From an uncultured Muribaculaceae bacterium (GTDB lineage Bacteria; Bacillota_I; Bacilli_A; RF39; UBA660): a DNA stretch of 64,000 nucleotides. Below the pieces are notes generated by a model. The model saw nothing but the letters and a program-made list of their open reading frames with translations. It did no database searches and was not told the DNA's origin. The stretch spans positions 47,310-111,309 of the forward strand of contig CAYNFP010000004.1 in NCBI GenBank assembly GCA_964396655.1, written 5' to 3'. Each line of letters starts with the position of its first letter. The first letter of the stretch is position 1. The position numbers were made by a program, and so were the translations under genes. Below are positions 46,382-56,518 of this stretch, piece after piece.

Positions 46382-48482
46382 TACTTTCCTCATAAATAGT
46401 AAAGTCAACTTGCCTTTTAATTTTAGAAGCTCCAATACACTTTACTTTAACTTTATCGCCTATTCTAAAACACACTCTTTTCTTTTTATCTAAATAAGCC
46501 ATTAACTCTTCATCATATGTATAGAATTTTTTTAATGAATCAAGTGAAACAAAACCACTTATTAAATTTTTAGTTATTACAAAGAAACCTTTTGATAAAC
46601 ATCCATCTATTGTGCCTTCATAAATTTCGCCTATATGATTTTCCATATATTCAGCAATTTTCATATCATCTACTTCTCGTTCACAGTCTTCAGCATCTAC
46701 TTCTGTTTTTGATATATGCTCACAAATATAAGGTAGAGAATTATTCCAAAAACTTATAAAATCTTTTGAATAATTATTATTTACTAAATATTCTGTTAAG
46801 AAAAAATGTACCATTGTGTCACTATATCTTCTTATTGGAGAAGTAAAATGACTATAATTATCTAAAGCTAATCCAAAGTGACCAATATTATCTGGTGAGT
46901 AAGCAGCTTTTTTCATACATCTTAATAATTTTTTATTTAATATTTCATATTCTTTAAAATCTTTTAATTGATTCAAAATATTTTGTAGTTCCTTAGGTTT
47001 TATTCCTTCATATACACTTTTACCTGTTAATCTATGTCCTAATATTGAAACAAAAGAAACGAATTCTTTAATCTTTTCTGGACTAGGTATATCATGAACA
47101 CGATATACAAAAGGTAAATTCATATTATAAATATGGGTTCCAACTGTAGTGTTAGCTGCAATCATAAAGTTCTCTATTAATTTTTGGCCTACACCAGTTT
47201 CATATTTTTTTACTTCTTTTACTTTACCAAGTTCATCTACTACTAATTTTATTTCATCAGATATAAAATCTAACTTACCATTTTTAATAGCGGCACTTTC
47301 TAATATTTCATATAATTCTCTCATTAAATTTAAAGGTTCTTCAAATTCTTTATAATCTTCTGGAGTGTTTTTATCAAAAACCTTATTAACATTATCATAT
47401 GTCATTTTCTTTCTGCTTTTTATTACAGATTTAAAAATATCATACTTAACTGTTTTACCATTAGAATCAATTTCCATAACTGAGGAAAATGCTAGTCTAT
47501 CAACATCTGGATTTAATGAACATATTCCATTAGAAAGCTCAACTGGTAGCATAGGTATTACTCTATCAGCAAGATATACTGAATTACCTCTATTTAGTGC
47601 TGTCTTTTTAATTGCACTTCCTTCTCTTACATAATGAGACACATCTGCAATATGAACTCCTAATTCATAATTACCATTTTCTAGTTTTTTAATACTTATA
47701 GCATCATCTACATCTTTTGTGTCAGCTCCATCTATAGTAAATATAACTTCATTTCTTAAATCTCTTCTATTTGCTATCTCTTTTTCATCTATAACACTAG
47801 GAATAGTTTTTATTTCTTCCAAGACTTCATTATTCCACTCAGTTTCAATATTAAATTCACTACATATTTTTAATGTATCTATATCGGGACTATTTTTATG
47901 TCCTATTACTTTTACTACTTTTACTTCAAAATCTTTTTTATTTAGTTCTTTAGTAATCTCTATTTTTACTATTAAACCCTCTACTAAATTTAATTCATTA
48001 TTTACTAATATTAAATTATATTTTTTAGACAATTCTTGATCTGCTAATTTCAAATATGGTTTTCCATTATTGAAATATACTTCCGCTAAAGAAGAACCTA
48101 GATTTCTTCCTAATATTCTTAATATTCTTCCTTCTTTTTTATCACCTTTATTTTTAGTAACTTCCGCTATTACAAAATCTTTGTCATTAGCGCCATTTAA
48201 GTTGTTTTTTGGAATATATAAATCATTTTCTTCAAGCAAAACAAAACCAGCACCAGAAGTAGTTATTTGTAATTGTCCTTTTAGTAAATTGCTTTTACTA
48301 AATAACATATAATTTCCATCGTTCCTTTGATACAAAGTTCCATCTTTGCATAAATCTTCTAAATCCGTCAATAAAATTTGTAATTCCATTGGTGTATATT
48401 CGATTTTTATAGAATTCATTATAGAAGAAGCATCTAAACTTCTTTCTGACTCGGTTAATATTTTTATTATCTCTTCTTTCAT
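46365..48482 (-). CDS. rnr: ribonuclease R
   Basis: RNB domain motifs (TIDGADTKDVDDAIS, FTSPIRRYSD) and a C-terminal S1 domain. Confidence 0.9.
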   Translation of the reverse strand: MKEEIIKILTESERSLDASSIMNSIKIEYTPMELQILLTDLEDLCKDGTLYQRNDGNYMLFSKSNLLKGQLQITTSGAGFVLLEENDLYIPKNNLNGANDKDFVIAEVTKNKGDKKEGRILRILGRNLGSSLAEVYFNNGKPYLKLADQELSKKYNLILVNNELNLVEGLIVKIEITKELNKKDFEVKVVKVIGHKNSPDIDTLKICSEFNIETEWNNEVLEEIKTIPSVIDEKEIANRRDLRNEVIFTIDGADTKDVDDAISIKKLENGNYELGVHIADVSHYVREGSAIKKTALNRGNSVYLADRVIPMLPVELSNGICSLNPDVDRLAFSSVMEIDSNGKTVKYDIFKSVIKSRKKMTYDNVNKVFDKNTPEDYKEFEEPLNLMRELYEILESAAIKNGKLDFISDEIKLVVDELGKVKEVKKYETGVGQKLIENFMIAANTTVGTHIYNMNLPFVYRVHDIPSPEKIKEFVSFVSILGHRLTGKSVYEGIKPKELQNILNQLKDFKEYEILNKKLLRCMKKAAYSPDNIGHFGLALDNYSHFTSPIRRYSDTMVHFFLTEYLVNNNYSKDFISFWNNSLPYICEHISKTEVDAEDCEREVDDMKIAEYMENHIGEIYEGTIDGCLSKGFFVITKNLISGFVSLDSLKKFYTYDEELMAYLDKKKRVCFRIGDKVKVKCIGASKIKRQVDFTIYEESNGNIQ

Positions 48483-48522
48483 TTATTGTTTACCTCTAAT
48501 ATCAATTTTAACATAATAAAAT

Positions 48523-48548
48523 AAAAAAAACATCAATTAAGATGTTTT
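48523..48548 (-). terminator. intrinsic terminator after secG
   Basis: aaacatc/gatgttt stem, loop aattaa, T8 tail on the minus strand. Confidence 0.6.
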
Positions 48549-48559
48549 GATATTAAATA

Positions 48560-48787
48560 TTATATAAGTGATAATACAAGAGATATAAGAATAAAAATAA
48601 TTCCTAATGAATAAGTAAATCTACTTATAAATCTTTCTCCGCCTCTTTCTTTTCTGTTAGATAAAAGCATACTGTTACCACCTGTAATAATTTGACTAGC
48701 ATCTGATGCCTTATTACTTTGTAATAAAACTATTACTATCATTAATATTGATACTACAATAAGAGTTATTTGTAAAAATTGTTCCAT
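48560..48787 (-). CDS. secG: preprotein translocase subunit SecG
   Basis: Two TM segments with LLQ..K... between them. Start trimmed to MEQFLQ, after a GAGGAGAG SD. Confidence 0.8.
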   Translation of the reverse strand: MEQFLQITLIVVSILMIVIVLLQSNKASDASQIITGGNSMLLSNRKERGGERFISRFTYSLGIIFILISLVLSLI

Positions 48788-48828
48788 AATTTCTCTCCTC
48801 GCTAAATATTTTAACATAAATATATACT

Positions 48829-49176
48829 TTAAACAATATCTATTATTTCATTACCCTTTATTTCTAGATATATTAATATTAAACTCCCTATTATATATAA
48901 ACCAGTGGCTCCCATATCCAAATTATTTTCTATTTCAGAAATATAATTATTATTTTTGTATTTATCATATAAAAAATATACACTGCCCAATAAAAATATC
49001 ACCAATAAAAGTACTTTGATATTTTTTATTAATTCTGCGTGTTCTTTAGTATTATTAATTATATCTTCCTTTTCAAGATTATTCAATATTATAGAAACAA
49101 TCCAAACAACAATAAAAGCACCATATATTAAATTTAAAATATCAAGTCTAGTTATTTTATCTTGTTTATCTTTCAT
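48829..49176 (-). CDS. hypothetical membrane protein (3 TM)
   Basis: ORF track entry with hydrophobic segments. No clear SD. Confidence 0.5.
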   Translation of the reverse strand: MKDKQDKITRLDILNLIYGAFIVVWIVSIILNNLEKEDIINNTKEHAELIKNIKVLLLVIFLLGSVYFLYDKYKNNNYISEIENNLDMGATGLYIIGSLILIYLEIKGNEIIDIV

Positions 49177-49189
49177 AGTAAAATATATG

Positions 49190-49462
49190 TCATTTTAAAT
49201 TTACTATTGTCATACCATTATTAAAATTGTCTGTTTTATAATCAGATACATATTTATTGATTTTTAATTCTTCATAAACGGCACTTTTAATTATTCCTTG
49301 ACCTTTACCATGTATTATAACTATTTTTTTGTTTTTTAATTTTATATTATCTTCAATAAATATTTTAGTTAATACTCTAGAAGTCTGGTATATTTCACCA
49401 TGTAAATCTAATATTGGTACATTATATAAAAAAGGGTCATTTATTTTTTGAGTAAATTTCAT
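49190..49462 (-). CDS. Smr domain protein
   Basis: LDLHG......IIHGKGQGI pattern. 90 aa. Confidence 0.65.
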   Translation of the reverse strand: MKFTQKINDPFLYNVPILDLHGEIYQTSRVLTKIFIEDNIKLKNKKIVIIHGKGQGIIKSAVYEELKINKYVSDYKTDNFNNGMTIVNLK

Positions 49463-50207
49463 ATACTTCCTTCAATTCTGGTATAAAGATTGATTTATCT
49501 GATTTCTTTAATGATAAATATTCAGATATTGTTGCTATTCTTATACTCTTGTCTATTTCCAAATCACTATTTATTCCATATAATAAAGCTCCATAAAAAA
49601 CATCTTTATTTCTTTTTTGATAATTAGATTTTGTTTTAATTTTTCCCATTAACTTAATCTTTTCAGAATTTTCAAATACCGTACCATTTGCTTCCAAATC
49701 TAAAATTATATTTTTATTATATTTTTCTTTTATTTTATAAAATATTTCTTCTAAAGTATCTTTATTTTCAGAATCAAACTTAATATTAGTTATATTTTCC
49801 GCTACAGACAAAGTAAAAATAATATAATCAGATAACTCACAAACTTTAAATAAATTTAAATCTTTATGATCAATATAAATTATTTTTATTGCGCTTTTAT
49901 ATTTTTCAAATATTTTTGAAATAGTTTTAGGACTTGATCCATCACTAAAAATAATTTCGGGTATAAAATTGTATTCTTTATATTTTAATTCTTCTGTATT
50001 TGATTTCTGCACATATTTTATTTTAACATTAGCAGATTTTAATTCTTTTATTATTTTTTCTCCAAAAGCATCTTTACTAACAATACCTTGGTAATAAACA
50101 TTTTGCTTCCAAGAACCGAGTAAATATGCCGATATTAAAGATATACCAAAATCACCTTTATTATTTTCTTCTTTTAATCTACTTTCTCCAATACAAAGTA
50201 TATTCAT
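49437..50207 (-). CDS. PfkB/ribokinase-like protein with degenerate active-site motifs
   Basis: Overall ribokinase-like layout, but the C-terminal DTxGAGD signature is replaced by NKDVFYGALLYG. Confidence 0.4.
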   Translation of the reverse strand: MNILCIGESRLKEENNKGDFGISLISAYLLGSWKQNVYYQGIVSKDAFGEKIIKELKSANVKIKYVQKSNTEELKYKEYNFIPEIIFSDGSSPKTISKIFEKYKSAIKIIYIDHKDLNLFKVCELSDYIIFTLSVAENITNIKFDSENKDTLEEIFYKIKEKYNKNIILDLEANGTVFENSEKIKLMGKIKTKSNYQKRNKDVFYGALLYGINSDLEIDKSIRIATISEYLSLKKSDKSIFIPELKEVYEIYSKNK

Positions 50208-50316
50208 AAAAACCTCTATTCTATATTAAAATTTTATCAAATTTAATATAAAAAGTATATTATTTTAAAATATATCTTTTTAGTTTATGCTTTAATTAAA
50301 ACATAAATATTAATTG

Positions 50317-50344
50317 AAAAAAAACTTAAGTTAACTTAAGTTTT
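50317..50344 (-). terminator. intrinsic terminator after rbfA
   Basis: Perfect palindrome aaaacttaagttaacttaagtttt, followed by a T-run on the minus strand. Confidence 0.6.
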
Positions 50345-50684
50345 AATTCTCATTTATTTCATTTATAATTGATTCAATCTTTTTAGCATATTCAATTGAT
50401 TCATCATAAACAAATTTTAATTCTGGAGTATGTCTAATATCTAATCTACTTGCTAATTCTGATCTAAAAAATCCCGCCGCTTTATTTAAATCATTTTCAA
50501 TTTTTTTTCTATCAGCATTATCATCTAATGTTGTAAAGTATACTTTTGCAAAGCTTAAATCATTAGTTACTTTAACATAAGTTATTGTTACTAGTTTAAA
50601 ATCTTTATCTTTGCTTTCAGTAAGAAGTATATTTGATATTTCTTTTCTAAAATCAGAAGCTACTCTTTCACCTTTTAAGTTCAT
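50343..50684 (-). CDS. rbfA: ribosome-binding factor A
   Basis: R..R....I...........D.......VTIT.V.V..DL..A.VY pattern. Conserved position after infB. Confidence 0.85.
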   Translation of the reverse strand: MNLKGERVASDFRKEISNILLTESKDKDFKLVTITYVKVTNDLSFAKVYFTTLDDNADRKKIENDLNKAAGFFRSELASRLDIRHTPELKFVYDESIEYAKKIESIINEINEN

Positions 50685-52816
50685 TATTTTTTCACTTCTT
50701 TCATTTCGTATGATTCAATTATGTCTCTTTCTTTGATATCATTGAAGTTTTCAACTGTTATTCCACAATCAAATCCACTTTTTACTTCTTTTACTTCATT
50801 TTTTTCTCTTTGAATTGATTTAATCTTACTGTCAAATATAACAACTCCATCTCTTATTATTCTTACATTAGAGTTTGTTTTTACTAATCCATTTATAACA
50901 TGAGAGCCTGCGATTGTACCAACTTTAGAAAATTTAAATAATTGTCTAACTTCTGCTTTTCCTAAAACTATTTCTTCAAATTCAGGATCTAGCATACCCT
51001 TCATTGCAGCTTCAATATCTTCTATAACTTTATAAATTATATTATATAATCTTATTTCTACATCATACAAATCAGCGACTTCTTTAGTATTACCAGTAGG
51101 CACAACATTAAATCCTATAATTATAGCATTACTTGCACTAGCTAAAATAACATCACTTTCTGTTATAGCTCCTACACCACTTCTTATTACAGAAATTTTA
51201 ACACCTTCTACATTAATTTTTTCTAAAGAATTTTTAACAGCCTCTTCAGAACCTTTAACATCTGCTTTTAATATAATGCTGACTTCTTTTCTTCCTTCTT
51301 TAATATGGTCAAATAAATCTTCTAAAGAAAGAGCTTTCTTCTCAGACTTTTTAGATTTCTCTGCTATTTGTCTTTTAAGAGCAACTTCTTTAGCTTCTTT
51401 TTCAGTTTCAAAGGCCATAAATTTATTTCCTGAAACTGGTACAGAATTTAATCCAGTTATTTCAACTGGTGTGCTTGGAAGAGCTTCAATTATTTCTTTT
51501 CCTGAATCATTTTTAAGAGTTCTTACTTTTCCAAAAGTAGTTCCAACAACAATAGGGTCTCCTATTCTTAAAGTACCGCTTTGAATTAATAATGTTGCGA
51601 TAGGTCCGATTTGTTTATCAAGTCTTGCTTCTACAACTGTGCCTGTACTATATCTATTTGGATTAGCTTTTAATTCTTTAATTTCAGAAAGAGCAATAAT
51701 ATTATCTAATAATAAATCTACACCTTCTCCGGTATGAGCACTAATTTTAACATATATAGTGTCTCCACCCCATTCTTCAGGACTTAATCCAAGGTCAGAT
51801 AATTCACTCATTATTCTTTCAAGATTTTTTATACCTTTATCTATTTTATTAATTGCAACTATAATAGGAACTTTTGCTGCTTTAGCATGTTCAACTGCTT
51901 CTTTTGTTTGTGGCATAACACCATCATCAGCAGCAACTATTATTATTACTATATCTGTAATACTAGCTCCTCTAGCTCTCATTTCAGTAAATGCTGCATG
52001 TCCTGGAGTATCTATAAATGTTATCTTTTTACCTTTTTGTTCAACTTGATAAGCTCCAATATGTTGAGTAATTCCGCCTGCTTCACCACCAACTACATTA
52101 GATTTTCTAATATAATCTAGCAATGTTGTTTTACCATGGTCTACATGTCCCATAATTGTAACTACCGGAGGTCTTTCTACTAATTCATCTGGATTATCAA
52201 TTATTTCAAATTCTTCAAAATTAGAAATATCTCTAGTTTCTTCTTTTTTTAATTCTTTGTTATAATACAAAGATATTAAAGCAGCGTCTTCAAAAGAAAT
52301 GGTTTGATTAACTGATATCATTAAGCCCATCATTACTAATCTTTTTACTAAATCACTTGAATTTATTTCTAAAGCATTAGCTAAATCCAAAACTGTCATA
52401 TTTTCTTTGTATAAAATTATATTTTTTTCTGTATCTTCAGAATTTTTTTCTAATTTTTGTTTGTTTTTATAAATATTCTTTTTATTTTTTAAGAATTCTT
52501 CTCTTTCTTTGTAACCATCTTTCTTCTTTATTTTTTGTTTTTTTTCAACTGTTTCATCTAATAAAGAATCTTCTAGAATGCTTTCTACTCTTTCTTCAAA
52601 TTCAAATTTACTTTCTAAATTTTCATCTACTTCAAATTCTTTCTTTTCCTCTTCTGTTTTATTAACATTTCCACATAAAATATCAAGTAAAACTATAGAA
52701 TCAGCATCTAATTCATCATTTTCATTATTTGCTGGAATATCATTTTCTTTACATAAATTCAAAATATACTTAACATCTCTATGAACTTCTAGAGCATATG
52801 CTTTAACTGTCATCAT
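50684..52816 (-). CDS. infB: translation initiation factor IF-2
   Basis: [17 protein letters not shown] and NKID G-domain motifs. Start set at the ATG after the AGAAGGTG SD. Confidence 0.92.
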   Translation of the reverse strand: MMTVKAYALEVHRDVKYILNLCKENDIPANNENDELDADSIVLLDILCGNVNKTEEEKKEFEVDENLESKFEFEERVESILEDSLLDETVEKKQKIKKKDGYKEREEFLKNKKNIYKNKQKLEKNSEDTEKNIILYKENMTVLDLANALEINSSDLVKRLVMMGLMISVNQTISFEDAALISLYYNKELKKEETRDISNFEEFEIIDNPDELVERPPVVTIMGHVDHGKTTLLDYIRKSNVVGGEAGGITQHIGAYQVEQKGKKITFIDTPGHAAFTEMRARGASITDIVIIIVAADDGVMPQTKEAVEHAKAAKVPIIVAINKIDKGIKNLERIMSELSDLGLSPEEWGGDTIYVKISAHTGEGVDLLLDNIIALSEIKELKANPNRYSTGTVVEARLDKQIGPIATLLIQSGTLRIGDPIVVGTTFGKVRTLKNDSGKEIIEALPSTPVEITGLNSVPVSGNKFMAFETEKEAKEVALKRQIAEKSKKSEKKALSLEDLFDHIKEGRKEVSIILKADVKGSEEAVKNSLEKINVEGVKISVIRSGVGAITESDVILASASNAIIIGFNVVPTGNTKEVADLYDVEIRLYNIIYKVIEDIEAAMKGMLDPEFEEIVLGKAEVRQLFKFSKVGTIAGSHVINGLVKTNSNVRIIRDGVVIFDSKIKSIQREKNEVKEVKSGFDCGITVENFNDIKERDIIESYEMKEVKK

Positions 52817-52837
52817 AAGTAGCACCTTCTTTCTTTT

Positions 52838-53095
52838 TTATATTCTATTTAATAATTCCTCATATATTTCATCATTAACTAAAATATTTAAATTTCTATC
52901 TAAAGCTTTAGATTTCTTAGCTTTTAAAATTACCTCTTTATCTTTTTTTAAATAACACCCTCTGCCATTAGCTTTCAAACTTTCGTCAATAAAAACCTTT
53001 CCATCAGGACTTTTTACTATTCTTATTAAATCCTTTTTTTCAAGTTTTTCATGAGTTACTACACAAGTTCTTAATACAGTATCTTTCTTATTCAT
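52838..53095 (-). CDS. ylxR: YlxR/RnpM (DUF448) RNA-binding protein
   Basis: RTCVVT......L.R.V........D......GRG.YL pattern. Confidence 0.85.
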   Translation of the reverse strand: MNKKDTVLRTCVVTHEKLEKKDLIRIVKSPDGKVFIDESLKANGRGCYLKKDKEVILKAKKSKALDRNLNILVNDEIYEELLNRI

Positions 53096-53103
53096 AAATT
53101 ACC

Positions 53104-54186
53104 TTATTTTTTTTCGTTAATTTCTCTGTTAATATCTTCTAAAGTCTTAATATTGATTTTAACTCTTGTCAATTTACTTGCTAATTTAATGTTTACACCT
53201 TTTTTACCAATAGCTAAAGATAAATTTTCATTATCTGCGATTACTAATGCTTCATTTTCATCTGTCATTGATACATTTAAATTTTTAGCTGGACTTAAAG
53301 CATTTGTTACAAATTTTTCGATATCTGGATCATAAGCTATTAAATCTATTTTTTCACCATTTAATTCTTTAATTATATTAGCTATTCTTCTTCCTTTTTC
53401 ACCAATACATGATCCTATTGCATCAACTTTTGAATTTGTTGAATATACAGCTACTTTGCTTCTAATTCCAGCTTCTCTAGCAACAGCATACATTACTAAA
53501 GTTCCATCAGCAAATTCTGGTATTTCTAATTCAAATAATCTTTTTACAAATCCATAATGTTTTCTAGATAAAAGTATTAGTGGTCCTTTGGGTGTACTTT
53601 CTATCTTTGTAATATATACTTTTAAAGTATCTCCCATTTTTAATATTTCTCCAGGAATTAATTCGGTTCTTGGTAAAATACCTCTTGTTTTTCCTAAATC
53701 AACATAATAATTTCTAGCATCTTCCATAGCTAAAAAACCAACCATTAATTCATTTTCTTTATCTTCAAAATCCTTCATTATTAGATTTCTTTCAGCTTCT
53801 CTTAATTTTTGTATTACAACTTGTTTTGCTACAGAAACTGCAACTCTGTCAAAATCATCTGGAGTTACTTCATTTATAATTTCATCTCCTATTTCATATG
53901 ATTTATCAATTAATTTTGCATCCTTTAATAATATTAATGAATTTGGATCAACTGGATTCTCTTCATCTTCAATTTCAGGAATTTCCTTAACAACTGTTCT
54001 AACTTTATAAACTCTTATTTCTCCTGTATTAGTATCTATAACTGTTCTAATATTAGCGGTTTCATTAAAATTCTTTTTATAAGCTGTGCTTAATGCCGCA
54101 CTCATTGCATCTAGTAAAACATTTGGTTCTAATTTTTTTTCCGCAACTATCATATCAAATGCTTTTTTAAATTCTCTTGCATTCAT
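53104..54186 (-). CDS. nusA: transcription termination/antitermination factor NusA
   Basis: NTD, S1 and two KH domains. GSCIGEKGRRI motif. Confidence 0.92.
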   Translation of the reverse strand: MNAREFKKAFDMIVAEKKLEPNVLLDAMSAALSTAYKKNFNETANIRTVIDTNTGEIRVYKVRTVVKEIPEIEDEENPVDPNSLILLKDAKLIDKSYEIGDEIINEVTPDDFDRVAVSVAKQVVIQKLREAERNLIMKDFEDKENELMVGFLAMEDARNYYVDLGKTRGILPRTELIPGEILKMGDTLKVYITKIESTPKGPLILLSRKHYGFVKRLFELEIPEFADGTLVMYAVAREAGIRSKVAVYSTNSKVDAIGSCIGEKGRRIANIIKELNGEKIDLIAYDPDIEKFVTNALSPAKNLNVSMTDENEALVIADNENLSLAIGKKGVNIKLASKLTRVKINIKTLEDINREINEKK

Positions 54187-54188
54187 TT

Positions 54189-54428
54189 TTATTCACCTTT
54201 ACTTCCTACATCTAAAACATATTCTTCAATTTCTAAATTTAAACCATCAATTATTGGGCTAACTATTTTCATGGCTTTTTCACACAAATCTGTATCAACT
54301 CCTGATTCACTATCAATTGTTACAAATAGTGTTTTTACATTATCTTCTTTCCCAAAATGTACGCTAACTAACTCAATCTTTTCTTCGCTAAGTTTTTCTG
54401 CTATAGCATTCTTAATTTTTTCTTCCAT
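54189..54428 (-). CDS. rimP: ribosome maturation factor RimP, N-terminal domain only (79 aa)
   Basis: Aligns with B. subtilis RimP up to the YFLEVSSPG block (here YVLDVGSKGE*). The nusA ATG follows 3 nt after the stop. Confidence 0.7.
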   Translation of the reverse strand: MEEKIKNAIAEKLSEEKIELVSVHFGKEDNVKTLFVTIDSESGVDTDLCEKAMKIVSPIIDGLNLEIEEYVLDVGSKGE

Positions 54429-54448
54429 ATCTCCTCCTTCTTAATTAA

Positions 54449-54472
54449 AGAGTGGGGAAAAATCCCCACTCT
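54449..54472 (-). terminator. intrinsic terminator between the 54528..55055 gene and rimP
   Basis: GC-containing 9-bp stem agagtgggg/ccccactct with a 6-nt loop. Confidence 0.6.
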
Positions 54473-54527
54473 TCGTCTTGTACTAAAATTATAGCATTAA
54501 TATTAATCAAATACAATATAAAGATTA

Positions 54528-55055
54528 TTATCTTAGTATTGGAGAACCTGAATCTTCTAAATCAAGAATTCCTCCAAGTTTACTTTCTAACGCATGAGCT
54601 TTCTCTATTGATAAGTGATAGATTTGAAGAAATTTTAATGCTTCACTTAGCATATTTTTATTTATACTAATTCCTTCTTTTTGATTTCCTTGCTTTTCAA
54701 TAATGTCTATTATTGTTTTTACATTCTCCATTAAATTATATACTAAAGTTAATTTATCTTCTAAAGCTACCAATTTTATTTGATCTAAAATATAATTAAA
54801 ATACTTTTCTTCTAAAATTATTTGTTCATTATTTTTTCTTACTTCTAATTTTATTAATGATTCTGCATATTTATCAATATACATTGATGTTTTATGGTTA
54901 ACTGAAGGAGATAACATTAAATTTCTTTCATTTTTAATTGCTTCGTCAATTTCATTATTAATAATTTCCATTAATTTATAAATTAAAAATATTTTATCTT
55001 CTAGTAACATTCTTTTTGATTTTTCTAATACTTCATAATACATTAAATTTTTCAT
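54528..55055 (-). CDS. hypothetical helical protein with an internal duplication
   Basis: LEDKIFLIYKLMEIINNEID and LEDKLTLVYNLMENVKTIID lie about 80 residues apart. Confidence 0.6.
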   Translation of the reverse strand: MKNLMYYEVLEKSKRMLLEDKIFLIYKLMEIINNEIDEAIKNERNLMLSPSVNHKTSMYIDKYAESLIKLEVRKNNEQIILEEKYFNYILDQIKLVALEDKLTLVYNLMENVKTIIDIIEKQGNQKEGISINKNMLSEALKFLQIYHLSIEKAHALESKLGGILDLEDSGSPILR

Positions 55056-55111
55056 ATTTTTTACCTCTTCGTAGAAAATATAATATAATATTTTAATAAA
55101 AAACTCAAGAA

Positions 55112-55261
55112 TTATCTTAAGTTTTTTCCTTTATTAAATCTTGTTGTTTTATAAAAGTCTTCTTTTTCAGCTTTATTTTCCATATTTTCTACATTTGAAT
55201 TCCAGAATTTTTTAGTAAAATTTGAATATTCTAAATTTATATTTTTACTTCTTTCTTTCAT
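55112..55261 (-). CDS. possible small protein (49 aa, MKERSKNINLEYSNFTKKFWNSNVENMENKAEKEDFYKTTRFNKGKNLR)
   Basis: Hand-found ORF in a 240-nt gap. Only a weak GGTGAT SD. Confidence 0.3.
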   Translation of the reverse strand: MKERSKNINLEYSNFTKKFWNSNVENMENKAEKEDFYKTTRFNKGKNLR

Positions 55262-55296
55262 TAATGGATCACCATTAATATTTTATACACCTTTAA

Positions 55297-56481
55297 TTAT
55301 AAATATTCATTATAATCATTTTCTTTTACTTCATTTAATTTTATTATTTGAAAATTTGTAGTTGCTTCTTTTAATAATTCATTAAAATCATATTTTGACT
55401 CTTCTTCATGAATTATATTTAAGTTGGGGTTGATTATAGGGTGCTTTGGGACAAACACAGTACAGCAATCTTCATAAGGCTCTATACTTATATCATAAGC
55501 ATTTATTTTTTTTGAAATTTCTATAATTTCAAGTTTATCAAAAGACGCTAAAGGTCTTATAATAGGATAATTTGTTACATCATTAACAGCTCTAATACTG
55601 GTTAATGTTTGACTTGCAACCTGCCCTATGCTTTCACCATTAATAATAGCTAAATATTTATTCCTTTTAGATATAATTTCCGCTATTCTATACATCATTC
55701 TTCTCATAATGGTAATTAAATAATCTGATTTTAAATTCTTATATATTTCTTCTTGTATTTTAGTAAAATTAATTACATAAAGTTTTCCATTATTATTATA
55801 CTTTTCCAATATTTTTGCTAATTTTATTACTTTATTTCTAGCTTCCAAACTAGTATGAGGTAAACTTTCAAAATATATATAATCTAATTTAACACCTTTT
55901 TTGATTGTTAAATAACCCGCTACTGGACTATCTATTCCTCCGGATAACATTAGTAGTCCTTTTCCTAAACTACCTACCGGATAACCTTTTAATCCATCAA
56001 TTACTTTAGAATAAATATATATATATTTTTGCCTTATTTCAATAACAACATTAATTTCAGGACTATGTACGTCAACTGACATTCCTTTTACATTACGTAA
56101 TATTTCACCAGCAATTATCCTATTAAACTCCATACTTTCAATAGGATACATTTTATCACTTCTTTTAGTATATACTTTAAATGTTTTGTTAGTAATTCCT
56201 TCTAATGATTCAAGAACATATTTTTTAATTGTTTCAACATCTCTATTTTCTATTTCATAAGCTATAACTATTTCAAATATTCCAAATACTTCTTGTAATC
56301 TTTTAACGCATTCATCAATATTATCAGAATATATAAACATTCTTGTTAAATCATCTTTAATTTCAAAATTTAAACCCTCTAATTTCCTTTCAATATTATC
56401 TTTTAATATTTTAATAAAGAAATTTCTGTTTCCCTTTTTTAAAATTAAATCCCCATATTTTATTAATATTATTTCTTTCAT
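55297..56481 (-). CDS. thiI: tRNA 4-thiouridine(8) synthase
   Basis: THUMP domain, then the PP-loop LSGGIDSPVA. Confidence 0.9.
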   Translation of the reverse strand: MKEIILIKYGDLILKKGNRNFFIKILKDNIERKLEGLNFEIKDDLTRMFIYSDNIDECVKRLQEVFGIFEIVIAYEIENRDVETIKKYVLESLEGITNKTFKVYTKRSDKMYPIESMEFNRIIAGEILRNVKGMSVDVHSPEINVVIEIRQKYIYIYSKVIDGLKGYPVGSLGKGLLMLSGGIDSPVAGYLTIKKGVKLDYIYFESLPHTSLEARNKVIKLAKILEKYNNNGKLYVINFTKIQEEIYKNLKSDYLITIMRRMMYRIAEIISKRNKYLAIINGESIGQVASQTLTSIRAVNDVTNYPIIRPLASFDKLEIIEISKKINAYDISIEPYEDCCTVFVPKHPIINPNLNIIHEEESKYDFNELLKEATTNFQIIKLNEVKENDYNEYL

Positions 56482-56518
56482 AAATTTTACCCTTCTTAAA
56501 TATTATAGCATAAAACTT

